Part shown: positions 50,901 through 62,370 of the stretch, piece after piece
Numbering within the stretch: position 1 is the stretch's first letter
How the letters are laid out: each line of letters opens with the position of its first letter
Assembly: GCA_000320545.1 (NCBI GenBank)
Contig: ADNK01000427.1
Span: 124,001 to 188,000, forward strand
DNA length: 64,000 bases
DNA from: Bigelowiella natans CCMP2755
Lineage: Eukaryota; Protista; Cercozoa
Direction of reading: 5' to 3'
Translations under genes and position numbers: made by a program
The notes under the pieces: model-generated
What the model saw: the letters and a program-made list of their open reading frames with translations, nothing else
What the model was told of the DNA's origin: nothing
The model's database searches: none

Positions 50901-52898
50901 GCCGGGGTTCTTCTTCCGTAGCTCGGTAGGTGTAGGTAGCTTGTTGTCCGCTAGGTCCATAAACTCTAACGCATTAACGCTTGACTCAGAGGTCCACTCG
51001 TCAAGCCGTATCATGTTCTGGCTGATGGTCCTGCCTGACTTCTTTGGCAACTTAGCAAAGTATATCTTGTGATTGTAGAATGATATGATCCCCCCTAATT
51101 TTTCTAGGGCATCCTGTCCGAGGAGTAGTTCCATGGATAAAGTCATGGCTACTCGGGTCTTGATTTGGGTCTCCGCGTCGCTGCCAGGTATCTGTAGCTT
51201 TAGCATTAGCTCACCGACGGTCTTCATGGAAGAGCTTCCGTCTGCTTGAGCATATTTACGTTCTTTCTTAGTCACTTGATCCAATAGTCCTAACCTTCTT
51301 ACTGTGCTTAGGCTTATGAAGGACTTCGGCATGCTGCCACTATCCCAAAGGGCAGGTAGTTTCTTGTAGTCTCCGTAGCTGTCTTTAACTTTAACCTTGG
51401 TCATAGCAACTTTGATAGTCCTGTTAGCGTCTTCGTCATTAATGTTGCATACTCCTAAGTTCTTTATGTCGTCTAGGGTCATGGGCTTGTCTTGGTCCTG
51501 CGTTGCTGGTACTGCTGTCTTCGTCGGCGCCTGCTTAAGGTGATCTAATATTCCGTTTATCTGCTGCTGTATAGCATTGATACTGTTCTGCTTTTTGTTC
51601 TTATATTTATTGTTCTTCCCGTTGTTGCTGCCTTGCCATTTGCTGTTGTTATATCCTTGTCCTCTGCCTTTCTTTCTCTTTAACTTCTCGTAGTGTTCGT
51701 TGAGCTGCCTGATCGTCATCCTGGGTCGTCCTTCTTTCCTGTCTCTGCAGTCTTTAGCGGTGTGTTTCCCTTTACGTGAGCAGTATCCGCAACGTCGGTT
51801 ACCTTCCCTGTCCTTGTACCAGTCTCGCTGCGGCTTAATAGCGTTAATGTTTCCTATGCCAGGTACCTTAGGGCTGGTAAACTTGCGGTCCTGCTCCTGC
51901 TCGCGTAGGGATATAGCCTGCACTGCTGCCTCCATCGTGGTGTAGCCTTTCTCCGTAACGTAAGTGGATTCCTTTATCTTTAACTTGAACTCTTCAAACC
52001 TTGCCTGATCATCACCTGTGTTGTAATTAAAATCATGTAGTTCGTCGATCATATCCTGGAAGCGCGTGGCAAAGTCTCTAACAGGTTCTCTCTCATGCTG
52101 CATCATTGCTCTGTATTTTCTAATAGCCTGGGGTAGGGAGTTAGCATCCTGTTCATTTACAAAAGCCTTCATTATCGCCTCAACGTCTCGTAGCCCACTA
52201 ACTGTAGTGTGTATTTTCTCTAGCTGCCTGATCCGGGTCCTGCCTGTCTCGTAAAGGTCCATGGCTTGCTTTATTATAGCTAGCCATTTGAGCTTGTCGT
52301 TTTCGGTGGGGTTAGGGGTAAAGTCGCAGAGTATACTCCTAGCGTTCTTCCACCACCTCCTTGCCTCACCTCTTTTCCCGTTGTATTTCGTTATCATAAC
52401 CGGTGCTGTTTTAACAGACATGAACTGGGTGTTCCGCTGTACCGGCTGCTGCTGCTTGACGGTGCTCTGGGTCGTCCCCCGCGAGGCGCCCAGACCCCCG
52501 TCGTTCCTAAACAAAGCTGCCCACTCTGGAGGTAAGTCTGCTTCGTAATCCATGATGTCCTGCATGATAGCTGCCCAAACATCATGTGTCTGATACTTGT
52601 ATTCTATCGATACTTTCAGTTTGGCGTAGTTGCTCGCCCTGGGTCGCAAGGCTCGTAATGCCATTACGACCTTCTTGCTTTCGGCGGCCACGTCCTCGTC
52701 GTCCGCCTCGTAGAAGTTCTCCAGTGCCTCTGCTGCTGCATCTGCTTTCTTAATCCCGGGTGCTGGTCCCGGCGGTGCCTGTGGAGGTGTTCCTCCTCCT
52801 TCCTTAGCGTCCGTATCGCCCTTCCTTTCCTGTTTCTGCTCGTGCCCTTGCACGGCCTGCGAGCCAAAGTCCTGCTGTTCTTCTAGCTGCTGTGACAT
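47925..52898 (-). CDS. Gag-Pol polyprotein (gag, zinc knuckle, aspartic protease, RT, RNase H, integrase, C-terminal extra domain), 1657 aa
   Basis: Zinc knuckle CGYCSRKGKHTAKDC; protease ALWDSGS; RT SSLDKNESYMQ, FPYGL and YVDDD; RNase H LWTDWS...E...TDHKPL...LADYFSR; integrase H-H-C-C, VQID, HVDN and SNSKVERLHRTL; GPY/F-like module ending RHISHLK. Confidence 0.97.
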   Translation of the reverse strand: MSQQLEEQQDFGSQAVQGHEQKQERKGDTDAKEGGGTPPQAPPGPAPGIKKADAAAEALENFYEADDEDVAAESKKVVMALRALRPRASNYAKLKVSIEYKYQTHDVWAAIMQDIMDYEADLPPEWAALFRNDGGLGASRGTTQSTVKQQQPVQRNTQFMSVKTAPVMITKYNGKRGEARRWWKNARSILCDFTPNPTENDKLKWLAIIKQAMDLYETGRTRIRQLEKIHTTVSGLRDVEAIMKAFVNEQDANSLPQAIRKYRAMMQHEREPVRDFATRFQDMIDELHDFNYNTGDDQARFEEFKLKIKESTYVTEKGYTTMEAAVQAISLREQEQDRKFTSPKVPGIGNINAIKPQRDWYKDREGNRRCGYCSRKGKHTAKDCRDRKEGRPRMTIRQLNEHYEKLKRKKGRGQGYNNSKWQGSNNGKNNKYKNKKQNSINAIQQQINGILDHLKQAPTKTAVPATQDQDKPMTLDDIKNLGVCNINDEDANRTIKVAMTKVKVKDSYGDYKKLPALWDSGSMPKSFISLSTVRRLGLLDQVTKKERKYAQADGSSSMKTVGELMLKLQIPGSDAETQIKTRVAMTLSMELLLGQDALEKLGGIISFYNHKIYFAKLPKKSGRTISQNMIRLDEWTSESSVNALEFMDLADNKLPTPTELRKKNPGKTIRQITELLDKTPPADDWDIDKGKKYINKILNEKYSDITKPTTKPSSKLTPVKIELKKGYEECIINDPEHRRPEADWEKIEWQINEWAKEGKIEPSNSPWNVRHVLAKKPTYPFFRLAHNFIRHNRVIKRIQTPTPRIDDVIEHVIGYKYYSSLDKNESYMQTPIHKTSRPITAFSSRHRKWHFVVFPYGLSISGDAFSSQNYRAYTHDGMASVLWVFVFVYVDDDIICTNTVVAQIFLLENIFIRFAHFGFTIRLQKCTFLATRIKWCGYYLEQGRITPNPEKVAALQQAPKPKNAKELKSFLQTAAWILRRFSPTYARTAAAFTTAYRKENSVGLSFAKVWAKAGLDAHFDNLIKLCSNTLLNAKLDTTRPATLWTDWSKLGMAAVLTQDQQIIRVWGRACTAAEAKYSPTKGEYKAMTEAQRKLRYYLLSVPSFTLMTDHKPLLGIDRKLEAPNDEYAAMRADTEEFRDKRTVVYAPGDKQLADYFSRLFEKKVPTQVTPMVNAITFEDGDFLPEPEELQHLQEHLDKYKHKHEVLSDRIYVYTNNVRRTYVPRRTRGALLFTAHGPAHVGENHITALLYHYYWPYKLKEIRTYLRGCRCSSLKAAGVATKESSKSRASKKIKARNFLDIVQIDVYKYDGYHYLTFVDVATGKCWVKKIIKVNVAKKNKGLYKQRLTNCYRTWESELQAIPDEVSINKIPKKLHVDNETSLLQLPHPNIDASPVYYAQSNSKVERLHRTLANLSRINSTTPDKIQGLVNDTFTSGGGIKDKEREEGDDNDDDTESEDEKVPYDGRVLKEGQYVRAKVNLRSRNKQDPFWGGVAKVTERKGRKQYYIYDGNRVTLRHISHLKNYDIGEKLLEDVKVNPTVWERAMPCLGPRPKFDVEYGNNKVRVNDDWRMKIVYLGYPGLRNMERVAMKIKDGKYQLLYLAVPDLPFEHWYKVLGDLDAEGWYGHEPKDEGEFWVSDKGDKVREESITWWLVKFRKR

Positions 52899-52910
52899 TG
52901 TTAGTCAAAT

Positions 52911-52932
52911 CGTTTCCCGTGTGTGGAAGCCA
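52911..52932 (-). other. Primer binding site candidate
   Basis: Minus-strand TGGCTTCCACACACGGGAAACG lies 5 nt after the 5' LTR. Its complement ends in CCA and resembles tRNA-Glu 3' ends. Confidence 0.65.
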
Positions 52933-52937
52933 AAGGT

Positions 52938-53263
52938 TGTTGCGCGTAAGGTGTTCACAGGCCGAGGCGCTACGTGCACAAGTAGGCAGGGGGGGGGAAA
53001 GGCACGTTTGCTTCCTTTTGAAGAGTTGTGTTTATTTTTATTAAAGATTATATTTTTATTAAATCGTGCACTGCGTAATCATTCGCGAAGCTTTCGCGAA
53101 TGCCGCCGCACGTGGGGCAGCACACTTCCGGTGTGCTGCCATGAGTCCCGCCGGAACCCACGTGCCTATGCTGTATTAATATCTACGTTATCTATATTCT
53201 ATATCCGCGACAACCCCTTTGTTGTCGCACGTGACTTGTGCCCGCGTAGTGGTACGCGCTACA
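52938..53263 (-). repeat. 5' LTR
   Basis: 326-bp direct repeat of 47548-47873. Confidence 0.97.
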
Positions 53264-53975
53264 TGTGCACCTAGTCGCGTCGCGCATCACATCCCACAGC
53301 ACGCACAGCGGCGGCGGGCTTTGGTGTTGCGCTCTTGTGTGTGTCAACCACACATCCATGTAGCTGTAGACACGTTCGCACGCGCATGCCATGGAATGCA
53401 CGCACGAACATGGCCTCCGCTCGTGGCTCTGTTGTCACATTGTTTGCGCATGGAGGCTGATTTTGCACTAGTGCAGGCTAGCAGGCAATCTAGCAATGCT
53501 AGAATGACCGACGACACACCTTCGTGTGTTTGCACATGCTAGCATGGCGCTCATGCACCAGCACTAGAGTACATGATGCAAGCAAATTTCGATTCAACGC
53601 GCACATCTGACAACTAAACAAGACTGGTAGACATGCACTTGCTAGCTTGAGCGGGACACGTCTAGACGTGTGTCTGCATTCGCGTCATAAATGCGATTAG
53701 CGACACATTGCAACCTCTCTGCGTTAAGAATTTCGTTTTCAATGCACCAGTGCAACAGAATGTACTATTTTTGCCCTTTCATGCACAACATGATCTGATA
53801 CCTTGTAACGACGAAGTTAAATTATATCTATGTTTACGTTACATTGCAAACTGTATACGATCAAGTATCCAAGGCATTGCAACGAATTATGCTCCATGAT
53901 GATGATCATAATCATATCATGATCACCTGCCTGCATGAAGCAAGCGCATAGGAGCGATACTAAAAATTAGATACT

Positions 53976-55169
53976 CTAAGCAGCCTGGGGCCTCATCATC
54001 TCACTTCTAAGTGTATCAAGTTCGTTTTTGAGCGAAAGATCAATCTGTTGGCCTTCCATATCGATAACGAATCCTGCTAGAAGGCTGTCATCAACTTCTT
54101 GCTTCATCTGGATGTTTTGTGCACCGCTGAAAGAGACATAGGCACGTCAGTATGTTGACCAAATTTGATAAACCTATAACCATCAATACCTGATTTGCTT
54201 GACTTTCTCAGCAATCTTGAACATAGCATCGTCGTCAAGATCTACGGCCGTTCGCACAGTCACAGCTTTGGTATCTTGCATCTTCATCACTTCTTCCTCA
54301 AACACTTGAGCAATCTCTTCGAGCTGGTCGAATCGGCCCATATCCAGGAGAAGGTTCAAGAAGTTTGAAGTGTACCTAATTTTGTGACTATCGTAAGAAC
54401 CCTATCTGTTTTATTCAATTTTAATGCTGCACCCTTGCATCCCAGCTTTCTTGACCACGTCGTTAACGAGACCCTTCTTCTCCTCAACGTTCGACAATGG
54501 ATCATACATGAAGTCTCTCACCTAATGAGAATCAGTTAAGCTACATTTGACCAAATAATAATATTAAAATTTACCTGAGGTTCCGTTTTGAAAACATCAA
54601 CCCAAACGTTAAGATCATTCTGAACTTTATCAACGATTTTCTCTTCTTTTGCCATTTGAGCAAGTCCGGTTCCATATTCATCAGCGACAGCTTCCTGCAT
54701 TAATTCATGGTCATTAGTTTTTTTCTCTATTAACAGTCATGGTAAGAAAGAAGAACAATGAAACTTTACATGAAATAAATTTATAAAATTAAGTATTCTT
54801 ATTTACCCTCATTTTTCCAGCATTGGCCCTTAAGTTACGGCCCATCATCTAAGTAAAACGCATTCAGATCAGCAAAAATGTCCGATAATTGGCGTGTAGG
54901 AAAAAAAGAAGAGCTCGTATATTACCGGTGTACGAATGGAAGGCATGGAGAATGTGCTAGTAGGGGTCCTCACAATAGCCGATCCCACATGACCATCTAT
55001 TTTTAAAGTGGGTAAGAATTATTCAAAGGGCTAGCGATAAAATGCTTAGTCATTTCATTTCTTGCACGTATAAACATAACATACTTGTAGATCTGCAGGC
55101 GATGAATGCAACTAGTGCGAGAGCCAGGAAGGCGTTGAGTGCTAAGGAGGCAACAATCTTGCGGGCCAT
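53976..55169 (-). CDS. atpD: Plastid ATP synthase CF1 delta subunit, nucleus-encoded, with a bipartite signal + transit leader
   Basis: Signal MARKIVASLALNAFLALALVAFIAC, then an S/T/R-rich transit peptide. The mature part is EAVADEYGTGLAQMA...TSNFLNLLLDMGR...VTVRTAVDL...VDDSLLAGFVID...QIDLSLKNEL (OSCP/delta family). Confidence 0.95.
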
Positions 55170-55869
55170 GATTATGGTGTCTGGGCGCTGCGATGCTACG
55201 TGGGTACCCCGGTTTAGCCCGTGGTCAAACTTAATCAATTATTTCATAATTATTCCTTTTTCCTCTTCTCATTGGCCAATCAAACAGCTTTCATTTATTC
55301 GTAATACGAAAATTTATATTTGTCGTTTGTTAGTATATCATGTCATTTATAGAATTTCTTTTTTCAAAGACATTATCGGTACTCTGAAAGAGATAATGCT
55401 TCCGCTGGGGATCGCCGGGATTTACATACTTGATAGGGAAAACAAGTGCAAACAACATCCCGGCGGCCCTTTAAAAAAACATTTGTACCATTAAATTGCC
55501 TGCTGATTGGGGATAACTAAACCGCTTATTTAGTAAATTCTTCTTTCGGCCATTTCGTGGGGATTTGCAGCTCTTTTATCGGACAAATTACTAACAGCAG
55601 TCACTCAAGGATTGTTGGCAGTTGTTCCCTTGTTGTTTTTGATCATTAATGGAATTTTTTGAATTTCCAACTCATTTCATAGCTGTTACATCATTACCTA
55701 TGATGTCGTCCACAGCAAGTTCTGGCTTTTTTTTAAAAGTTGGTTTTCAGCGCACCAATTTGTTTGCTGTTTGAACTACAAAAAGCATTGTAAGTTTTCC
55801 TAGGAAAATAACCATTGTTGCGTTGTTGTGTTGTTTGTGTTGTTTGTGTTGTGTGCTTGCACGTGTTGT

Positions 55870-56717
55870 TGAATGAGCGCTCGTTAATTTCTACGAGTAC
55901 GCTGCACATTGATCCGATAACCCATGCCCTCCAAGAAGAAGAAAAAGCAGCGCGAGACGCGTCGTACACGAAAAGCAAAGCTGCAGGAACGTGGCGGCGA
56001 ATCTGGTTCTCCCTTCGAATTTGCTTCACTTAAATAGTTCTCAGATAAAGTTACCACAGGGAATGGGAAAGCTGCTCCGCCTTCGAATGATAATCTGGAT
56101 GCAGTTCTAACTGCATGTGTGGTCGAGCTTGCACACCACTCCGAAGCTTGCTTCGAGTTCGCCTATCGAAACTTCGAGAAGATGGTTCCTGCCTGCCAAT
56201 TCTTTCTTGTCATCACCATTGTAATCGTAAATTTTATTCGATACGAGTAGAAGCGTGGTTGTCTCTTCTGGATGTTTGAAGATATCGAAACAGCAAAGAA
56301 ACTCATACAAATGAAAGGTTGATGTTGCATGCAGTTTGTGCATTAACTTTTCTCTGGTTGACATGCGGTGGGCGGCTATGTAGATAATCTTCCCAGGCTT
56401 AGCTACCATTCTCGGCAACTTGCGCAAACGTTTCAGTAAGATGGAATCTTTGAAACATGTTGTACCAGCTACTTACTCATCCGATTACGCCTCGCATGTA
56501 ATAGATACCCGCCAGTTATCGAGTTCATTGACAAGTATGATCCAAGGTAGGAATACTCTGTCATCAATCAATCAATTGTGGAATTATGGTAAATTGTATT
56601 CCTCGATAAATAAAAGGATGGACTTTGTTGCTCTAATTGCCATTCGAACCGGAGATGTCCGTGACTCAATTATGAAAGTAAGTTGCATTTCAGATCAATG
56701 TTAAAAATATATAAAAG

Positions 56718-56764
<47 letters not shown>

Positions 56765-57672
56765 TGTGTGTGTGTGTGTGTGTTTACGTGTGTACGTGTG
56801 CATCTTAAAGCCAAAATATCCCGAAGTATCTTCGGATCTTCTTAAAAACTTTCCCCATTAGGTGACTCATCTCAATAAATCGGCGAACCGTCAGGCACGT
56901 ACCACTCCCATGTATCATCCTTCAATACCTTGATATTTAGTTCTCCAGGCAATCATAAACGCTGAACGTACCTTATCGCGTCTAGCATTTCAGGTACTTT
57001 CGCGGTGTTTTAAATTGTGATCAATATGAACACCTAGTATTGCAGTTTTCTGGAACCACAATGTGGCTATCGAATGGTTTGCGAATCTGTTCAAATCACC
57101 TGTGTAAGCAAGGTTTCAAGTTACATGATCACTATCCTACATCGGATGAGCCAGTTCTTTACCATCAATCTATTTAGTTGAAGCCAAGGAAGGGAGTTTC
57201 AAAAAGTGCGGTGGCTGCAAACATCGCCAATATTGTAGTCGTGCCTGCCAGGTTGACCTTTATGCAAAAAAGTCTTTACTCATGTATGAAATGTAACTTA
57301 CTTTTGAAAAAGATCTTACATTGGAAGCACGTCCATAAGTCATCGTGTAAAGCTGAGGCAGAGTGGACAAATTGGCAAAGAAAAAGGGTCACTAAATTGT
57401 TCTTAATCGTTTCAAGAAAATAGAATTGATTGTTTATTCAGGATGAGGCCATAGCTCTTGAGAAAAAGGAGATAGAGGTAGCAGAGGAAATTAAAAAACT
57501 TCAGGTAAAATTGAAGCGATATACGTCTGAAAAATATGATTGGCTCGTAATTATTATTACGATTTCTCAGATGCAAAAACTTATGCTCGAGAAAGCCAAA
57601 AAGGCTCAAACAAAAGAAATAGTGTCCGTCGGTACTGAGACAAATTCATCTGATAATTCAGTCGAAGCCTAG
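55870..57672 (+). CDS. Uncharacterised multi-exon protein; 5' end approximate
   Basis: A consistent GT-AG exon chain reads FEFAYRNFEKM|KRGCLFWMFEDIETAKKL...|LPRLSYHSR...|YPPVIEFIDKYDP|MDFVALIAIRTG and ends in a coiled coil with TAG at 57672. Function not recognised. Confidence 0.55.
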
Positions 57673-58536
57673 CACATTATGAGATATGATTTATAGCAAA
57701 TATGACGGTACAACAAATTGCAAGCTCAGCAACCGTACTTATCGCGCTTGCATTGCATTGCAGTCTAGCCACACCTCAATCCATACTCTTACCGGCGTGT
57801 GTACATGGAGGTGTCTAAGCCCTCACACCACGACACATGCAATGCATCTTAGCGCCCTCTTTGATGGGAATTTGACAATGTGACGCAGCAACTGTGCCAG
57901 CGCTTTGGCGTGTTTCTTCTTGTCTAGTTGCTACAACATGTCTAGATGTGCTCAAATTGTGTTCGCAATGGGCGGTGGAACGTGCTAGTGTGGCTAGCTA
58001 ATAGCGGCGAAATTTTGTGCGACATAGGCAATGGCGCGATGCTCTGCTGTACGTACGTGTAGCTGTGGATTTTTGCTATGTCATTTTTAACAAAGATTGT
58101 TTTCACAGAAGACATGTGATGTGCCTATGATTTTCACCATGCCATTCTAGCAATTTGTTTCAGCAGTAGCAGGTCGTCAGTAGGCAAAATTTCATGTTGC
58201 GCATTTTCGCAAATTTTGCTACCGCGAAGTAGGGAAATGAAATGTGGGGCGTGGTACACACGCACACGGCGGCAAGCCATGCATGCGCAAATCGATCAAA
58301 ACATGCAGCTAGGACGAGAAGCTAGGCGACAGCGACATCGCAATCTAGCAATGCACAGTGTCAGATGATCGGAGTGAGTGGTGGTCTGTTAATGGCAGTG
58401 CAAGCCCAGAGACAATTCCAAATGTGCATCTACACAGAAACATTTGCGAGCAAGGTAGTACATGACATATGTGCACCTGACACAATGAACATCATCACGA
58501 TGTGAAGCAACGACAGATAGTTGCGCCATCATGTTG

Positions 58537-58800
58537 TCAGCGCGCAACGAAGGAGTTTACCGCAGCAAGAAGATCTAAAAATGACTGCATTTTGATCATC
58601 AATGTAAAGACATTCGACTCAGAGCGGAGATGACAAGTAACATTACATCTCATATTATTACTCAGAAATTTCTGCCACCCCGTTGTAGAATTCATATTAG
58701 ATGAATAGAGGGCCGTCAAACTCACTTAGGGTGACGACGCGCATTGAGACGGTGCTGATCAACATAATGTTAGGTGTCAATTGAGTCCTTGTAAATGCGA

Positions 58801-58842
<42 letters not shown>

Positions 58843-59396
58843 TGATATGGACAAACCCATCTGCAAGAGCTGGGTCGATATCCTCGCCAGCTGTGACAAT
58901 CACCACCTGTAAACCAATATAGAATGATGAACATCTTAATTTCTTTTCCCATTACTTGTCGAATGTTCAGAATGAAGAAAATCCTATTTTTCTTCGTTGT
59001 ACATGTTAATTACTAAGTTAACAAACACTTTGAAAGTCTGCATCTAGAAATCTCAAATGAAAACAAACATAGTCACCTTGTCGCCTCCGGATACCCAACC
59101 CATTTCTTTTGCAATCTTTGTTGTACCGAAGGTGAAAACACAAGACAAAAATAGTATCTCCAGTTTGGAATAAATCGTTCGTCTTCTCACATTGTTGTTT
59201 CTTATTCATGCTGGTTTCCATTTGCACAATTTGCATCCTTCTTCATCACGAATAGCAGAATAAATTTACCCGAAGTGCTTCCCCTGGACGATCATGATCC
59301 GAGATTTCTGCGACATCCTGAATTGAAAAGATGGTGAAGGAGATGTGTAGTGATTTAGTTATTTAGGCCAATATGGACACACGATCTACCGACACA

Positions 59397-59440
<44 letters not shown>

Positions 59441-60688
59441 ATAACAACAACAATGACAGTAACAAAGGGTGAGATAGACATACGTATTTCTGAGTGCATC
59501 ACATATGGTATTCACATGCCTGAGCAAGCTATACCTTCTTATCCACTGAGAGCGCGAATATACCACGCCGCACATTGAGGCGCCTTGCGATGTGTAACGA
59601 ATCTGTAAATGCCATTATGGGGACTCCCGGCCTGTGCAGCATTAAAATGGGTTGGTTGTTGTAAATACATAACTCAACAACTGCAATCACTACTATGTGC
59701 TGCATGTGCTTGCTCTCTCACACAGCATGACAGTATTCGATTCAATACATCGTCCTGCTTGAGTATTTTCGAGATTATCATCAAGGTTTCTAGATCTCCC
59801 TCCTCATCATCATTCTTCTTCTTCTTCTTCCTCCTCCTCCTCCTCCCTGTGCATTCTGATAAGCAACTCACCTGTACTTGCTTAGCATGTGTGCGATTTG
59901 GCCGCTGCGAGTGATCGCTAGAATCATTGCAGCAGCTGACTCGCCTGCAACTGCCACCTGCAAGGTTGATATGATTGGATCATAACTGGATGTGATTGAA
60001 TCATAACTAAATGTGGCATGTAAGTTGCTGTATCCGAAAGCATGCGTGGTTTGCATTGTCCGTCTTCATACCGTCGCGCGCGCCACCACTTCTAGTTCCG
60101 CCATTGGATTACGCTTGTGCTGCTCCCCAGGATGCGTCCACACGCGGGGACTCGGAGCCTGTGTACAGACGCATGTGCGCATGTGTGTATGTTTCAGTGA
60201 TCGAATACTAAAAGAGAGATGGCTCGAATTAGTTGTTGATGCTGATGTTGTTGTTGTTGTTATTGTTGCAGCGACTGTGTGTAGGTTGAAGAATATGAGC
60301 ATTTACATATGAAACGCACGCTGGCGAAGGTATGGAAATGTTGGTTTTGCTTGTTCCCACGGGGGGGAATTGATGTCCAAAGTGCTCCTGCAATCATAAT
60401 TTTCTTTGAGCATGGAAGGTGTTACCTTTGGCCAGAGGAGAGGGCTTTCTGAGTCTGCAAACTTCGTAGCTTCCGCTGCCTCTGCCACCCAACCAGCAAC
60501 ACTTACCCCGTCCTCTACAAAACGAGTAAAGAGAAAGTGAGCACCAAGCATGCAAACAACATCCATCACCGTAAGATCGAAGAGAGGAGGGTTTGGGAGA
60601 AAAGGTGTAGGAACTCAACCTCGTTGAAGTAGAAGGGTATCACAAGCATGAGAGGCGGACAGGCAGTTCTTCACAGACTAAGATATAA

Positions 60689-60726
<38 letters not shown>

Positions 60727-62334
60727 TGATTGTTGACAGCATACACATGACAACCAGTCCCTGCTCTACACACATACGCGCAGCAAAGAGAGAGTATAGA
60801 AGAGGGACGGGGTTGCCAAAATACTCAAATACAGATTTTAAAACAAAGATCTCCCCCTTCTTTACTTCGCAAACGGTCAAATAAACACGCCCTACTTCTT
60901 AAACACTAACTTTAATGTCATCGAGGGACAAGGCAAGGCCTTCAGCGCCACCAGCCTCGCTGCTACTCTGCACGGCCCCAGTAGACGAAACGGCAGAAGG
61001 GAGGTCAAGCTCTATGATCACGGGTACACTCAAGGCCTCCGCCTATTTAACATCAACGTGCATGATAGATTTATAGTAATCAAAATAAGAGTTAAGAAGT
61101 GTGGTGGTGGCATGGTTGAACGATGGTTGACAGCAGATATCAGTAGTCGTCGCAATGAACAAGAACATCAGCGTCCGTATTGCTTCCCCCGCAACAACAG
61201 CAGCAGCAGCAACAACAACAACAACAATATTAACCATAACAACAACAAAGAACTACCTTAGAAATGACAGCTGTATTCGTACCGTCCTTCAGAATAACTC
61301 CGGCTTTTGTCGTCGGCGGCCAACGATCCAACACATATATTACCATGCATAAGATACAATGATTCTCTCTGGCTCTATCTCTCGTTCGGTGTGTGTATGT
61401 GCGCGCGCGCGTGCGCGTGTTTATGTTTGTTGCGGATGCCGTATCAGTGAGGTGTACATTTGACATCGGGAATACTACCAGCTTTTTGAGTTAGGAGCAT
61501 GCTTTCGAGTAGTAGCATCTGCTTCTCCTGGGCAATAGTGCTACTACCTTGGCCACTACTACCATCACAGCAAGCAAGTACCAGAGGTGGTGGTGGGCGA
61601 TCAGGCGTCTCTTCCCCATTACGTATTTTTTCTTTATCCATTGTTGCTGCCTCTTTCTCGAGCGACTCGAGGATCGACACAGCAGCTTCAACATCTGATG
61701 ATGATGGACGTTATAATAATCGAAGCGTGTTAGTTGGTTACTTGTTCTTCGTGAGGTGTATAAAAATATATAAATAATATTCTTATTCCCATTTCCCTTT
61801 ATAAACGGAAGAGTAATTTTGCGATAGCCGGAAAAGTCACCGTCATTCATCGCTAAACCATCGACCACAACTATCATTATCATCATTGTCTTCCTTTTCA
61901 GCAGCAGTAGCAGTCACAGCAGCAAATAGACAGCATGAACATGCGTAGAAAATCACCTCGTACATCGGTAGCAACGTAGTCAAATTTCGCTTCGAATGCC
62001 AGTGATAGTGCTTCCCGAAGAAGGCGTATCCGTTCAGAGCTAGCTCCATCATTTTCATCACCACTCTTGCTAGTTTGTACGGCTTCCATCACTGCTGCGT
62101 CGAGACCCCGACAATCAATTATGGACGCTGTGAGCGCTCGAATTGCCGTGTGCCTGCGTGAACCCCGAAACGCATATATGAGTGCGTGCATGCATGTGTT
62201 GGTGTTGTCTACAAAGCACATCGCTTGAAAAGGAAGTTGGTTGTGATCATGATGTTGATGACCATCCTTCAATCCGGCCATCCATCCAGTGAACCTCCTT
62301 CACAGTGGAAGTCAGATAGCCTGGTATATTTCAG

Positions 62335-62370
<36 letters not shown>

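Larger units (their letters stand above)
47548..53263 (-). mobile_element. Intact Ty3/Gypsy-type LTR retrotransposon (5716 bp)
   Basis: Two 326-bp LTRs with TG...CA ends. A 4-bp target-site duplication TGTG at 47544-47547 and 53264-53267. A TGG-initiated PBS follows the 5' LTR and a polypurine tract precedes the 3' LTR. There is a single gag-pol ORF in the order PR-RT-RH-IN. Confidence 0.97.
600..62370. repeat. Abundant intronic microsatellites: (TA)n, (CA/TG)n, (GA/TC)n, (TAG/CTA)n, (CAT/ATG)n, (CTC/GAG)n
   Basis: Examples are 632-670 (CTC)n, 800-840 (TA)n, 1461-1494 (GTA)n, 2208-2276 (TC)n(TG)n, 42049-42085 (CA)n and 62335-62369 (GTA)n. They lie mostly inside introns of the long genes. Confidence 0.95.

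Noticed and set aside
58183-58220. Short inverted repeat GCAAAATTT...AAATTTTGC, a possible MITE end
   Set aside because: It is only 9 bp of AT-rich pairing, with no partner terminus or TSD found.
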